Shown here: piece after piece, positions 39,322-49,098 of the stretch
Layout: every line of letters begins with the position of its first letter
Numbering within the stretch: position 1 is the stretch's first letter
Assembly (NCBI GenBank): GCA_965204665.1
Contig: OZ242002.1
Location: forward strand, 1,285,865-1,349,864
Length of the DNA stretch: 64,000 nucleotides
DNA from: Thermodesulfobacteriota bacterium
GTDB lineage: Bacteria; Desulfobacterota_D; UBA1144; Nemesobacterales; Nemesobacteraceae
Reading direction: 5' to 3'
Translations under genes and position numbers: made by a program
Notes under the pieces: generated by a model
Databases searched by the model: none
Told to the model about the DNA's origin: nothing
The model's input: only the letters and a program-made list of their open reading frames with translations

Positions 39322-40476
39322 GTGGCATCCATGAACTTTCAGGATATGAAACTCGGAATTTTGGGAGGCGGACAACTCGGAAAGATGCTCTGTCTCGCCG
39401 CGGCGCCTTGGAATCTGAACACCTGTGTACTTGACCCTTCCCCGGATTGTCCCGCTGCGTCCGTGTGCACGGAGTTTCACCATGGTGATTTCAGAAACTA
39501 CGAAGATGTTCTGCAGTTCGGAAAAAATGTGGATGTTCTAACTATAGAAATTGAGCATGTGAACTTGGATGCGCTCGTGCGTCTGGAAAACCTCGGAATT
39601 ATTGTAAGACCCGAGCCCCGTGTACTTAAAATCATACAGGACAAATCCGAGCAGAAAAGATTCTACTCCTCGAACGGACTTCCGACAGCGGATTTTTCGG
39701 TTTTTCCAGGGAAAGATGCGATAACGGATGCCGTATCCCTCGGGAAGATTGAGATTCCTTTTGTCCAGAAACTTGCAAGAACAGGTTACGACGGAAGGGG
39801 GGTGCTGGTTGTAAAGGAGAAAAAACAACTGGAAAATCTGCTTGAAGGTGAATCCGTGGTGGAGGACCTGGTTCCGATGGAAAAGGAGATCTCCGTAATA
39901 GTCTCCCGTAATTCCCGTAAAGAAACAAGAAGTTTTCCTCCGGTCGAGATGTTGTTCAACAGTCATGCCAATCTTGTGGAGTTTCTGATAAGTCCGTGCG
40001 ACATCCCCCAGGAACTTGCCGGAGAGTCCGTCACTCTTGCCGAGCGCACCATAGAATCTCTGGACATGTGCGGAATACTCGCCGTGGAGATGTTTATTTC
40101 GAAAAAAGGGGAAATTCTTATCAATGAATCGGCTCCGAGACCGCATAACAGCGGACACCACACCATAGAAGCAGCTTTCACTTCTCAGTACGAGCAGTGT
40201 CTGAGATCAATCCTTGATCTTTCTCCCGGTGATACCGGAGTGAAAATTCCCTCCGTCATGATCAATATGCTCGGACAGCCCGGTTATGAAGGTGAGGCGA
40301 AATACCGGGGAATTTCCGAGTGTATGAATGTTCCGGGAGCTAAATTTCATATATACGGCAAAACTCTGACCAAACCCTACAGAAAAATGGGTCATGTCAC
40401 GGTTATCGACGACAATGTTTCAGCCGCGCTTGAAAAGGCCAGATTCATAAAGGACAATTTAAAGGTGGTATCATGA
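39322..40476 (+). CDS. purK: N5-carboxyaminoimidazole ribonucleotide synthase
   Basis: KLGILGGGQLGKM, ATP-grasp fold. Confidence 0.85.
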   Translation: MASMNFQDMKLGILGGGQLGKMLCLAAAPWNLNTCVLDPSPDCPAASVCTEFHHGDFRNYEDVLQFGKNVDVLTIEIEHVNLDALVRLENLGIIVRPEPRVLKIIQDKSEQKRFYSSNGLPTADFSVFPGKDAITDAVSLGKIEIPFVQKLARTGYDGRGVLVVKEKKQLENLLEGESVVEDLVPMEKEISVIVSRNSRKETRSFPPVEMLFNSHANLVEFLISPCDIPQELAGESVTLAERTIESLDMCGILAVEMFISKKGEILINESAPRPHNSGHHTIEAAFTSQYEQCLRSILDLSPGDTGVKIPSVMINMLGQPGYEGEAKYRGISECMNVPGAKFHIYGKTLTKPYRKMGHVTVIDDNVSAALEKARFIKDNLKVVS

Positions 40477-41024
40477 AATCGCCTTTAGTCAGCGTTATTA
40501 TGGGTTCTGATTCCGACCTGCCGGTAATGGCGGATGCGGTCGATATTCTTGAGCAGTTCGGCGTCAGTTATGAGACTACCATAGTGTCTGCGCACAGGAC
40601 CCCCGAGCGTCTTTTCAATTTCTCGGCGAAAACGCATAAAAGAGGGGTGCGGGTGATAATAGCGGGCGCCGGAGGAGCTGCGCACCTGCCGGGAATGGTG
40701 GCGTCGCTTTCACCACTGCCGGTCATAGGAGTTCCGATAAAATCGTCCAACTCCATCGACGGCTGGGACTCTGTACTTTCCATTCTTCAGATGCCTCCAG
40801 GCGTTCCGGTCGCCACCGTGGCTTTAGGAGCGGCGAGAAATGCTGGAATACTGGCCGTACAGATACTCTCCGCCTCAGAACCGGAGTTTCTGAGGGCGAT
40901 TATAGAGTACAAAGAAAATCTCCGCTCCGACATAACAGAAAAAGCCGTGAGGCTTGAGGAACTCGGAACTTCGGACTACCTTGAACAGACGGGCAGAAGC
41001 GACGCTTCAGATTCCAAGCGGTAA
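40473..41024 (+). CDS. purE: N5-carboxyaminoimidazole ribonucleotide mutase
   Basis: VSVIMGSDSDLPVM...GAGGAAHLPGMVAS; start overlaps the purK stop. Confidence 0.9.
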   Translation: MKSPLVSVIMGSDSDLPVMADAVDILEQFGVSYETTIVSAHRTPERLFNFSAKTHKRGVRVIIAGAGGAAHLPGMVASLSPLPVIGVPIKSSNSIDGWDSVLSILQMPPGVPVATVALGAARNAGILAVQILSASEPEFLRAIIEYKENLRSDITEKAVRLEELGTSDYLEQTGRSDASDSKR

Positions 41025-41099
41025 GGGCAAGTAACCGCAGAAGCATTTTTGTTCGTCCTGTTCGGGCATAACCGCTTGCTTCAGGTCAGGTCATCATGA

Positions 41100-41235
41100 C
41101 CGGGAGCTCGGCCGCTGTGACAGGCACGAACAATTCGGCAAGTCCGAAAAGGACATCCGTTCGCTTCCGCTTCGGATGAACCGGAAGCGAACCGTCAACG
41201 GGGCTGAAAACGACCCGGTCCGTCATCAATTACCG
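41100..41235 (-). repeat. partial copy 4 of the TTCGGTCAAGGCGTG repeat family
   Basis: Contains TCCGAAAAGGACATCCG, flanking similarity to copies 1 and 3, and the GTTTTCAGC block. Confidence 0.45.
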
Positions 41236-41243
41236 GTCCGCTA

Positions 41244-42242
41244 CTAGCCTTGCGGGGCAGCGAAGGCCGTCAGATGAACGACGGTATCGTCGGCCACAAG
41301 TGCGCCGCCGACCAGTTTCTCTCCTGTTATACCCACATCACGGCCGAGCCCGACGGCAGGATGGTCGTCGAATGAACCGTCGAGGATACGGTCAAGGAAT
41401 GCCTGGGAATCATATTCCAGTGATTTCTCCTGGTCTCGGGGGCTGTTTCTCAACGCGTCGATAGCGTAACTCCGCACCAACTTCGGAAGTAGTGCGGCGA
41501 ATGTTTCAGGCTGGTCGAAAAGGTCCAGTCCGCAGCATCTGTTCTTCACAACGAAAACAGCCCCGACTTGGGTTGGAACGGCCTGCACCGATTCGACATA
41601 GTCATTGAGGGTTTTCCTGTGTCTGTCGAACATCGCGTGCATAGCCCCGGTTGGAGATGACGCGTCCAGATTCCTCATCTCTTCAGCCAGTGAATCCCAG
41701 ACTCGCCCTTGGTTGGACCGACGGTGCCCGCGGCGCATTGATTCTCGAACATCGGCCAGGTTTTCCGACCGACCCCGCACGGTTGAGATGTAGTCAGTTG
41801 TGTCGAAATCGGTTTTTCTGCGAGACTGTGCCTGTCGCCGCTCCTCCGAGCCGCCGTGGTCATCCATGCTGGAGACGGTCTCTCTTCTATAATGCCACCG
41901 GCCGGATTCTACGCATGAGACGGGAATTTTTGTTTCTTGGTTTGCCGCAATGAGCATGGTGAGGTTTGCAATTCGGTTCTGCTTGGCGCCGGCAAGTTCC
42001 TCTCCATCAACTATAAGTACCGGTAAATCGGCGTAGTTCTTAACGACAAGTTCCGGCACGCTACCGCTCTCGGACACTTCCTCAATTTTGACGAGATTTT
42101 TCTGCAGACCGTCACCCAAGAGCAGGTAGCGAAGAGAACTGGTATGTTTCGAAGTCAGCGGAAAGACGGACAACTCACCGTATGTTGTCGGTTCCTCTGA
42201 CTCCAGACTGGAAATCGTGGTTTTGATTTGATCCAATTTCAC
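41244..42242 (-). CDS. hypothetical protein encoded with the vWA protein (unknown family)
   Basis: 332-aa ORF with very high GC codon usage and its own AT-rich upstream gap; no family recognised. Confidence 0.5.
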   Translation of the reverse strand: MKLDQIKTTISSLESEEPTTYGELSVFPLTSKHTSSLRYLLLGDGLQKNLVKIEEVSESGSVPELVVKNYADLPVLIVDGEELAGAKQNRIANLTMLIAANQETKIPVSCVESGRWHYRRETVSSMDDHGGSEERRQAQSRRKTDFDTTDYISTVRGRSENLADVRESMRRGHRRSNQGRVWDSLAEEMRNLDASSPTGAMHAMFDRHRKTLNDYVESVQAVPTQVGAVFVVKNRCCGLDLFDQPETFAALLPKLVRSYAIDALRNSPRDQEKSLEYDSQAFLDRILDGSFDDHPAVGLGRDVGITGEKLVGGALVADDTVVHLTAFAAPQG

Positions 42243-42494
42243 TTCCTCCTTAAATGTGTAATTTTTACTTGTATTGGTTTTACTTCTGATCTTTATGTCT
42301 GACCGTATAGAGCATCAGACATGACAGCTAATCGCGATTGGAAATGCCTGAATGGATTGATCAGGTCGGGTCCATCCGGACATTTCATAACTGCTCAACT
42401 ATCGCCAGGCGGACTGCGCAAGAATGTATCCGATTCCCTTTGCTGCAATCCCGTTCGGTCCTTAGGAACTCCAGGGCATCTTAACAGCCGGTCG

Positions 42495-43823
42495 TCATTC
42501 ACCGCGTTCCATTCGAGTACTCCAGCTGTCTCTCATACCCCTGTGGTCTGCCCGACTGTTCCTGCTCTGATACGACTGATTCACCATCTCCTTGTGCATC
42601 CGCGGTGAAAACCTGCGGTCGACACGGCGCGCGAGCATCTCGAGTTCACGCACCATATCATTCCCCCGGTCAAGACCCCTCGCGTAACGACGGAAATAAT
42701 GCAGCTCCCGCTGAACATATTCCTTCGCCTCGGAATATGCTCCGTCCCGATTCATCCGAGACGCAGTGAGAACGACATCCGCGCTCCACATCCTCGCCAC
42801 TACTTCGGCAGTCTTCATGTCGCGCGGCTGATAGTTGTTGACCCTGCTGTCGGCGGCAACCAGACCGACCGTCTTCGGACCGGCCTCAAGAATGCGTCGA
42901 TCCCCGACGGAACTCGCTCTTGTCGACAGTTCAAACTCCAACACGTCTTTGGCCTTTCCGCCCGGACAGGTTACTTTGAAGACGGCGACCCGCTCTATGC
43001 CGTTCTGAATCGGCCCGAGCCGGACGAGAACGGAGTCGTCGCGAAGAACGGAGTTCTCTCTGCCCAGCGCATCGACCCGTACACCCGCAGGAAATGTCAG
43101 AGTCACCTCCGCATCCTCGACCACCGTGTTGTAGATGTCTCCGAGTTCACCCAGAAGAACGGTTGAAATTTCACCGGCGTGCTCCACATCGTGCAGACGC
43201 CCTCCTCCGTTCTCGGCCATGCCCCTCAACAGATGCTCGTCGTATCCGGCACCTATACCGAGAGCGGAAGTGAATACTCCCCGCTTTCTGAATTCACCGG
43301 CATGCTCTCTGAGTTCCGCAGGGTCCGTTATACCTGCATTGGCGTGGCCGTCGCTCAGTATGATCACGCGCGGCGTCATGCGGGCATCCTCTTCCGCCAC
43401 CCGAGCCGTGCACTCGACCCCGGCAAACCACCCCTCGGACAGTGCGGTCGAACCTCGGGTTCGCAGCCGTAAAATCTCTTCGCGTATCCGGTCCGCATTT
43501 TCCCCGCTCGCCTGCACCGCGTCGAGATGTATCCGAACATCGGATGCGAAAGAGACCAGGGTGATCCGGTCCCTGTCCGTCAGATGCCCGGTCAGACCGA
43601 CCGCCGCTTCCTTGGCCGCTTCAAGCTTTCCACCGCCCATCGACCCGCTCGCATCCATCACAAGAGCTATGTTGACGGGCATCTCCTCTCCGGAAACGCC
43701 GTCTTCCCCGCTCCGCGCCTCGAGTCTCGCAACGAGATAACGCACGGAATCTCCACCCTGCCAGTAGAATTGCCGGTCGAAGCCGGCTTCCGCAGTAAAA
43801 TTCACATCAGTCATTCTTTCCAC
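42495..43823 (-). CDS. von Willebrand factor type A (vWA) domain protein
   Basis: MIDAS motif VMDASGSMGG...LSDGHANAG, plus a ~250-aa C-terminal region. Confidence 0.8.
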   Translation of the reverse strand: MERMTDVNFTAEAGFDRQFYWQGGDSVRYLVARLEARSGEDGVSGEEMPVNIALVMDASGSMGGGKLEAAKEAAVGLTGHLTDRDRITLVSFASDVRIHLDAVQASGENADRIREEILRLRTRGSTALSEGWFAGVECTARVAEEDARMTPRVIILSDGHANAGITDPAELREHAGEFRKRGVFTSALGIGAGYDEHLLRGMAENGGGRLHDVEHAGEISTVLLGELGDIYNTVVEDAEVTLTFPAGVRVDALGRENSVLRDDSVLVRLGPIQNGIERVAVFKVTCPGGKAKDVLEFELSTRASSVGDRRILEAGPKTVGLVAADSRVNNYQPRDMKTAEVVARMWSADVVLTASRMNRDGAYSEAKEYVQRELHYFRRYARGLDRGNDMVRELEMLARRVDRRFSPRMHKEMVNQSYQSRNSRADHRGMRDSWSTRMERGE

Positions 43824-44499
43824 CTCCTGTTAGAATGGCGCGGAACTGGTCCGCAAGTTGTTCAAAAAGAATCCGCTCCCGAGGCTCGAGTTCCCCTCGA
43901 ACAGAGATCTCGAAGGCGGATGTTACGGATATTCTCGTCCAGACTTCACCCCGCGAGTGCCGGGGCGCAGAGTCTCCCAGTATCTTCTCCAACTGAAAAA
44001 TCAACCATTCAATGCTCGTCAATTCGTTCCCGCCCGGTTCGGACCGCCCGGTTCTGCGGAACTTTATCGACCTCCGGTTCAGACCCCGTTCCGAAAACGG
44101 TGCTTCCGATACATCTCCGTACGGCTCCCGCCGGGTGGTGGAATCCGTTGCGGACCGGGTCGACCCGGTAGAAGTGCCTCCCGCCCGAATCCTGCTCAGA
44201 TAATCGCGGGCAGACCCGGGCGGCGCTGAAGTCAGACCGATTCCGGTCGCCCACTCCCTGATCTGTTCTTCGGTCGCCCTGATGAACAACTGCCCGATTT
44301 CGGACAACGACAACCCCCGATGTTTTTTGAGCGCCCTGACCGCCGCCGCGCGGTCCGCGTTGCTGCTCGGATAGCGCGCTCCCCGGCCGGGCCTGAAGGG
44401 CGGAGCCAGCAGTCCCTCGCTGATCCACGAACGCAGAGTACGGACCTCGACGCCGGTACGTCTGCTGAGCTCTTCGATTGTGAGTCGATCATCATTCAT
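43807..44499 (-). CDS. MerR-family transcriptional regulator with a low-complexity C-terminal half
   Basis: N-terminal HTH LTIEELSRRTGVEVRTLRSWISEGLL; overlaps the vWA gene start by 17 nt. Confidence 0.7.
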   Translation of the reverse strand: MNDDRLTIEELSRRTGVEVRTLRSWISEGLLAPPFRPGRGARYPSSNADRAAAVRALKKHRGLSLSEIGQLFIRATEEQIREWATGIGLTSAPPGSARDYLSRIRAGGTSTGSTRSATDSTTRREPYGDVSEAPFSERGLNRRSIKFRRTGRSEPGGNELTSIEWLIFQLEKILGDSAPRHSRGEVWTRISVTSAFEISVRGELEPRERILFEQLADQFRAILTGGGKND

Positions 44500-44968
44500 G
44501 GTAATAACAGTATAACGCCGGAATCCGACATGTCAAGATGTTATTTTGTTTGAGGCAACCAGGCTTTCTAAAAAATGTAGAGATATCAAGAAGTTTGGGA
44601 AAGGGTAAATTTTTTTACCTCAAGATTCCCACCGAGAAACTCCGTCCTTAAAACCTGCAAAATCAGCTGGTTCTGGCCAAACACCGCAAATTCAGACTTC
44701 CTGACCCGAGATTTAAATGAACCGTTTTTATGGGAGCGGCAAAACTACCCTGGGAGTTCATATACAAGCCGAAGATTGGTCCTCGGATAGATCATGCGGA
44801 TTTGGTTGATTCCAGTAAATTGGAAGAAACAATTGCTGTTGTTAGTCAACCGTAGAATTAGGCGTCAAATTAAGCGTTGTGAAAGGACCACGAAATTGAT
44901 TCATACCATCATTTTGTGAATGGGCGTTGTATAATGGGCGAACCCAAACCTGAATCGTAAGCGTTCGG

Positions 44969-46491
44969 GAGTTATTGTCAAATCTGGTGTTTGCGTGATC
45001 AAGCGGCGCTCCAGTTATTTGAATTCTCCTCTTCGTTTTCCTGATTTATATCCTCAATTCCATCTTTGGATTTCACACCTGTTATCACTTTTCCTACGAA
45101 GTCGAATCCGTTGAGCCTTCGCCAGTTGTTCTCCGCACACATCCCCAACTTGAAGATCATGTGCAGCATTCCCTCGGAATTCAGACACCCTTCAGCTCTC
45201 CTGGTTCTGTGCCGTATGGTTCCGAAGGAGGACTCTATCGGATTCGTCGTCCTTATGCTTCTCCAGTGCCGAGCTGGAAAATCGTAAAAGGCCGGAAGTT
45301 GCTCACGGTCCCTCTCCAAACATCCGGCAGCCTTCGGATATTTGTCCCCGTACATCCTTATGAACAGATCAAAAGCCTTCCGCGCTTCCTCCTTCGTCTC
45401 AGCCTGCCGGATGTCATGCAGGCACCTCTTCGCTTTTCTCCGGGAAGTCTTCGGAAGACAGTTCAGCACATTCGCCGTCTTATGTACCCGGCAACGCTGC
45501 TCCCGCGTCTCCCCGTAAACTTCAGGAAGCGCAGACCAAAACCCTGGAGCTCCGTCACCGATTGCAAGCTTCGGCTCTTCCATCCCGCGAGCCTTCAGGT
45601 CCGACAACACTTCGCGCCGACTCTGCTTTGATTCCCCGACTCCGTTTTCAATGGAAAGGAAGTGCTTCTTCCCGCTCTGATCCACCCCTATCACCACCAG
45701 CGTGCACAACCCGGGATCATCTCCCCGCACCTTGCTGTGTATACCGTCCACCCGGATGTAAGCCCGGTCGTGGCCGCTGAGGTCTCTCCTGCGCCGTTTA
45801 TCGTATTCCTCAGCCCACTTGCGCTTGAGCCTGGATACCGTAGCCGCGGAAAAACCCCGAGCCTCGGGGCCTATAAGGGCTTCCAATGCGGACTTTATGT
45901 TCCCCGTGGACAATCCCTGCAGGTAAAGCCAAGACAGAGACGATTCAAGTTTCGCAGCCTTGCGTACGTACGGAGGCACAATAGCCGAACGGAACACGGC
46001 AGGCTGACCGTCTCTTGATCTCACTTCGGGTATGCGTACCGATACAGGACCTATACCCGTCTGCACATCCCGTTCCGGGTGGTATCCGTTACGAATCACC
46101 GCGGCCCTGCCGTCTTCGAGTTGTCTGTCGTTCCGGGACTGCAGGTATGCTTCCGACTCCATTTCGATTGCGGAAACCAAGAGAAGCCGAGCTGACTTCC
46201 TCAACAGATCACTGAGGTCATCGCAACACTGTTCAGGACTGCCGAATCCGGAGTCCGGTCGTCTCTGAGTGCGGGACCCGTCAATTACTGTTTGAGAGTT
46301 CTTCCCGAAGAACTTTGTAAAAATGTTTTCCAATGAATCAAAAAGCTCTTTTTGACCTTCACGGTCAAAAACTTTATATTTTCTGCCCATAGCGGCGTAT
46401 CCTCCTGTAATTGGAATTTTGGTGAATTCAAATTAACCGGATACGCCGCTTTTTTTCAAAACCTGCTGAACACCAGATTAGAGCATAACTC
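44969..46491 (-). mobile_element. intact IS256-family insertion sequence (~1.52 kb) with imperfect terminal IRs and a 9-bp target-site duplication
   Basis: IRs GAGTTATTGTCAAATCTGGTGTT and GAGTTATGCTCTAATCTGGTGTT. Direct repeat AGCGTTCGG sits immediately outside both ends (about 44960-44968 and 46492-46500). Confidence 0.75.
44999..46390 (-). CDS. IS256-family (Mutator-type) transposase
   Basis: 463 aa; DDE region with CRVHKTANVLNCLPK and NPIESSFGTIRHRTRRAEG motifs. Confidence 0.85.
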   Translation of the reverse strand: MGRKYKVFDREGQKELFDSLENIFTKFFGKNSQTVIDGSRTQRRPDSGFGSPEQCCDDLSDLLRKSARLLLVSAIEMESEAYLQSRNDRQLEDGRAAVIRNGYHPERDVQTGIGPVSVRIPEVRSRDGQPAVFRSAIVPPYVRKAAKLESSLSWLYLQGLSTGNIKSALEALIGPEARGFSAATVSRLKRKWAEEYDKRRRRDLSGHDRAYIRVDGIHSKVRGDDPGLCTLVVIGVDQSGKKHFLSIENGVGESKQSRREVLSDLKARGMEEPKLAIGDGAPGFWSALPEVYGETREQRCRVHKTANVLNCLPKTSRRKAKRCLHDIRQAETKEEARKAFDLFIRMYGDKYPKAAGCLERDREQLPAFYDFPARHWRSIRTTNPIESSFGTIRHRTRRAEGCLNSEGMLHMIFKLGMCAENNWRRLNGFDFVGKVITGVKSKDGIEDINQENEEENSNNWSAA

Positions 46492-46548
46492 AGCGTTCGG
46501 TCAAGGCGTGGTGAATGAACATTTTCAGCGGTTGAGGATCTGCACCTC
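46492..46548 (+). repeat. copy 2 (5' part) of the TTCGGTCAAGGCGTG repeat, interrupted at its first bases by the IS256 insertion
   Basis: AGCGTTCGGTCAAGGCGTGGTGAATGAACATTTTCAGCGGTTGAGGA aligns to copies 1 and 3. Confidence 0.55.
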
Positions 46549-46602
46549 TTTGAAAGATTGCAAAGCGGAGTTCTATAGCTTTTCCGCAAACACTTTCACT
46601 GC

Positions 46603-46636
46603 AAAAATCCGGGCCTCAATTTCCTGAGACCCGGAT
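46603..46636 (-). terminator. rho-independent terminator of RTX lipoprotein paralogue 2
   Basis: ATCCGGGTCTC...GAGGCCCGGAT followed by TTTTT on the minus strand. Confidence 0.6.
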
Positions 46637-46706
46637 TCTTCGAACGAAACTTACTGAATATAGGTTGTTCCTTTCGGGGAAACAACTTCACCGGAACCGA
46701 TTGAAC

Positions 46707-48005
46707 TCAGTCTGTAAATTTATACAGGGTCGGTGTCTCACGGATTGCTTTTGCTGTGGCGTCATCCTGCACATCAACTACATTGTCTGATCCTATGGTG
46801 ATCGTGCGACCCGACCCTGTCAACGTAGACCCTTTCGGAAAACCTCTGAACTCAATTATATCTTTCTGCGATGCGTTGAAGTCCGTAATAGTATCCTTGG
46901 AGCTTCTGGTCACGTGTCTGATTAGAAAGGTGTCGGCACCGGCACCACCTGTAAGATTATCAGCACCGTACTGTCCATCGAGCAGATCATTTCCGGCTTT
47001 TCCGTCAATCGTATCATTTCCATTTACCCCGATGAGATGATTTCCCAGGGCATCTCCGCTGATGGTATCGTTGCCGTGTCCAGCATAAATGTTCTCGATA
47101 CCTTCAAATGTAATCACTCCCCAACCATGAGCAGTGCCGTCAAAAGACCCCGTGGAAAGATCAATGGTTATAGCTGTCCCCACATTTCCGAAAATGGGCA
47201 ACAAAAATTGCTTCATTCTCGGCACTACACTACCTACACCGACAATTCCACCTAGGACCAGAAAATCACCATTACTATTATTACTAACAGCAGTCCCTGT
47301 CGGGGCGCCGCCGTTAAAGCTGTCATTGCCTGGTTCATTGATGTAAAAAATATCCATCCCGGCTCCGCCGTTGAGCGTATCATTGCCTTCGTCGCCATAG
47401 AGTGCGTCGTTTCCCGCATCGCCGTTGATCGTATCATCGCCGCCTGCTCCCCGGATGTAATCAGTTCCGTCTCCGCCGTAGATGGTGTTGGCGCCGGCGG
47501 TGGCCCAGATTGTATCATCTCCGTCTCCACCGTAGATGATGTCGTCGGTAGTTCCCGAGAGGTTGCCGTCAAGATGAGCATCAATGTGGTCATCTCCGTC
47601 TTCACCATATATCGTATCCGTGCCGTCACCGCCGCCTATCTTGTCGTTTCCGGCACCGGCGTAAACAGTATCATCGCCGTCTCCGGCATTAATCGTGTTT
47701 TTGTACTGATTTCCGCATATGACATCGTCGTCATCAGTCCCCGTGATATCATTGGAGATACCGGGCAGCGCATTTATACCGTTGCTCACGTCGCATCTGG
47801 GGTCACCGAAGGACTTTCCCTGACCCCCTTGCTGGCCCGGGTTTCCTTGATCTCCTTTTGCCCCATCTTTTCCTGGTGTTCCCGGATCTCCTTTCGGACC
47901 TTGAGGACCTGCCGGTCCAGCCGGACCCGTATCACCTTCACAGGCAGCAAAGAAAACCGCTCCGCTGAACAGAAACAATAAAACTAAGAAATTACGTAAC
48001 TTCAT
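46707..48005 (-). CDS. lipoprotein with collagen-like and RTX calcium-binding repeats, paralogue 2
   Basis: Same signal peptide plus lipobox, GPAGPAGPQGPKGDPGTPGKDGAKGD region, and RTX nonapeptides. Confidence 0.8.
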   Translation of the reverse strand: MKLRNFLVLLFLFSGAVFFAACEGDTGPAGPAGPQGPKGDPGTPGKDGAKGDQGNPGQQGGQGKSFGDPRCDVSNGINALPGISNDITGTDDDDVICGNQYKNTINAGDGDDTVYAGAGNDKIGGGDGTDTIYGEDGDDHIDAHLDGNLSGTTDDIIYGGDGDDTIWATAGANTIYGGDGTDYIRGAGGDDTINGDAGNDALYGDEGNDTLNGGAGMDIFYINEPGNDSFNGGAPTGTAVSNNSNGDFLVLGGIVGVGSVVPRMKQFLLPIFGNVGTAITIDLSTGSFDGTAHGWGVITFEGIENIYAGHGNDTISGDALGNHLIGVNGNDTIDGKAGNDLLDGQYGADNLTGGAGADTFLIRHVTRSSKDTITDFNASQKDIIEFRGFPKGSTLTGSGRTITIGSDNVVDVQDDATAKAIRETPTLYKFTD

Positions 48006-48047
48006 AACACAACCTCCTTCGACAATGTAGAATCTTTCATAACTTTG

Positions 48048-48074
48048 ATTCTACCCCCCCCCTTACTAAGTCAA
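48048..48074 (-). promoter_or_regulatory. promoter with a G9 spacer tract (TTGACT-tagtaa-G9-TAGAAT), second copy
   Basis: Same architecture and 15-nt spacer as the promoter at 27693-27720. Confidence 0.55.
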
Positions 48075-48149
48075 GGGATACAAGGGCAGGATCAATCAGA
48101 CCCGTCATAGGCGAGGTTGCGGCTGTTCAAGCGTACGGGAGTTTTCGGG

Positions 48150-48900
48150 TTCATGTACTGTAAGAGTGTTACTTCGACAAACGCACCGGCCGCCGGGTTG
48201 GACAACGGCTCGGAGACCAGGGTTTGGATTTTTCACCGGGAACCCTGATGGAGAGTATGAAGCGGATGCTGCTCCTGTTCAAGCCGATCTATGACGCGAT
48301 TCTCGCCCGTTCCAGCGCATATAAATGAAGATGGCCGGAGAGTCTGCCGGCAAAGTGATACTGTGCTTCTGCCGGGCGCATGTAGGAAGATATTTCATAG
48401 ATTGCGCGGCGAGTCATCCGCATCTTGAACCGTGGCGTGAAAAATATCCTGATCTCATCGGAGGTATTTATCGACTGTACAGAGAGAGGCTCAAGTACTA
48501 TGTTGCGGGGTGCAGGTCCTCGGACTTTGAACGGGTGCAGAGCAAACTGGAAGATGCGGTCGGCGGTCTGTTCACCGAAGCCGAGAGTGAGTTGGAAGGA
48601 CCGGCAGAAGATGAAGTCGCCGCGCCCGCTGATTCAGCATCACGAGGGGGCTGAGCATGTTCATTGATCAACCTCGGGTGCCTATGGACAACAACACGGC
48701 GGAGAGGTCTCTGCGCAGGGCTGTCATAGGACGCAACTGAGCTTCGGTTCAGACAGCATGGAAGGAGCTGAAATAACTGCAGTGATCCGCTCGGTGCTGG
48801 AACGGTCAGGGATAACGGTATTGATGTGCTTCGATGGTTGGAGGCATGGTTGACCGCATGTGCGGAAAACGGTCGGAAACCTCCGGATGGTCCGGTACCA
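48150..48900 (+). pseudogene. degraded IS66-family transposase (TnpC) fragment, frameshifted
   Basis: LCFCRAHVGRYFIDC (IS66 CWAHxRR motif), IGGIYRLYRERLKYY, and in another frame FIDQPRVPMDNNTAERSLRRAVIGR. Confidence 0.55.
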
Positions 48901-49098
48901 TGGTTGTCGTGGTTGAGGAACAGGGAGCACCTTCATCGGATGGACATCCCGAAAGCGGGAGCGGAATCTTCCGCTTGTCATGGACAACCCGAGATTTCTT
49001 GTTCTTCCATGGATACAAATACCCGACCTCGGGTCTCATATCCTCTCCGCTCGTCTGTCGGCGTCTGCCTGACGAGCGGAGTCGACGATACAACATAG

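Noticed and set aside
42699-43740. Plus-strand ORFs (155 and 201 aa) antisense to the vWA gene
   Set aside because: These are high-GC antisense open frames rich in Ser/Pro/Arg, with no independent support.
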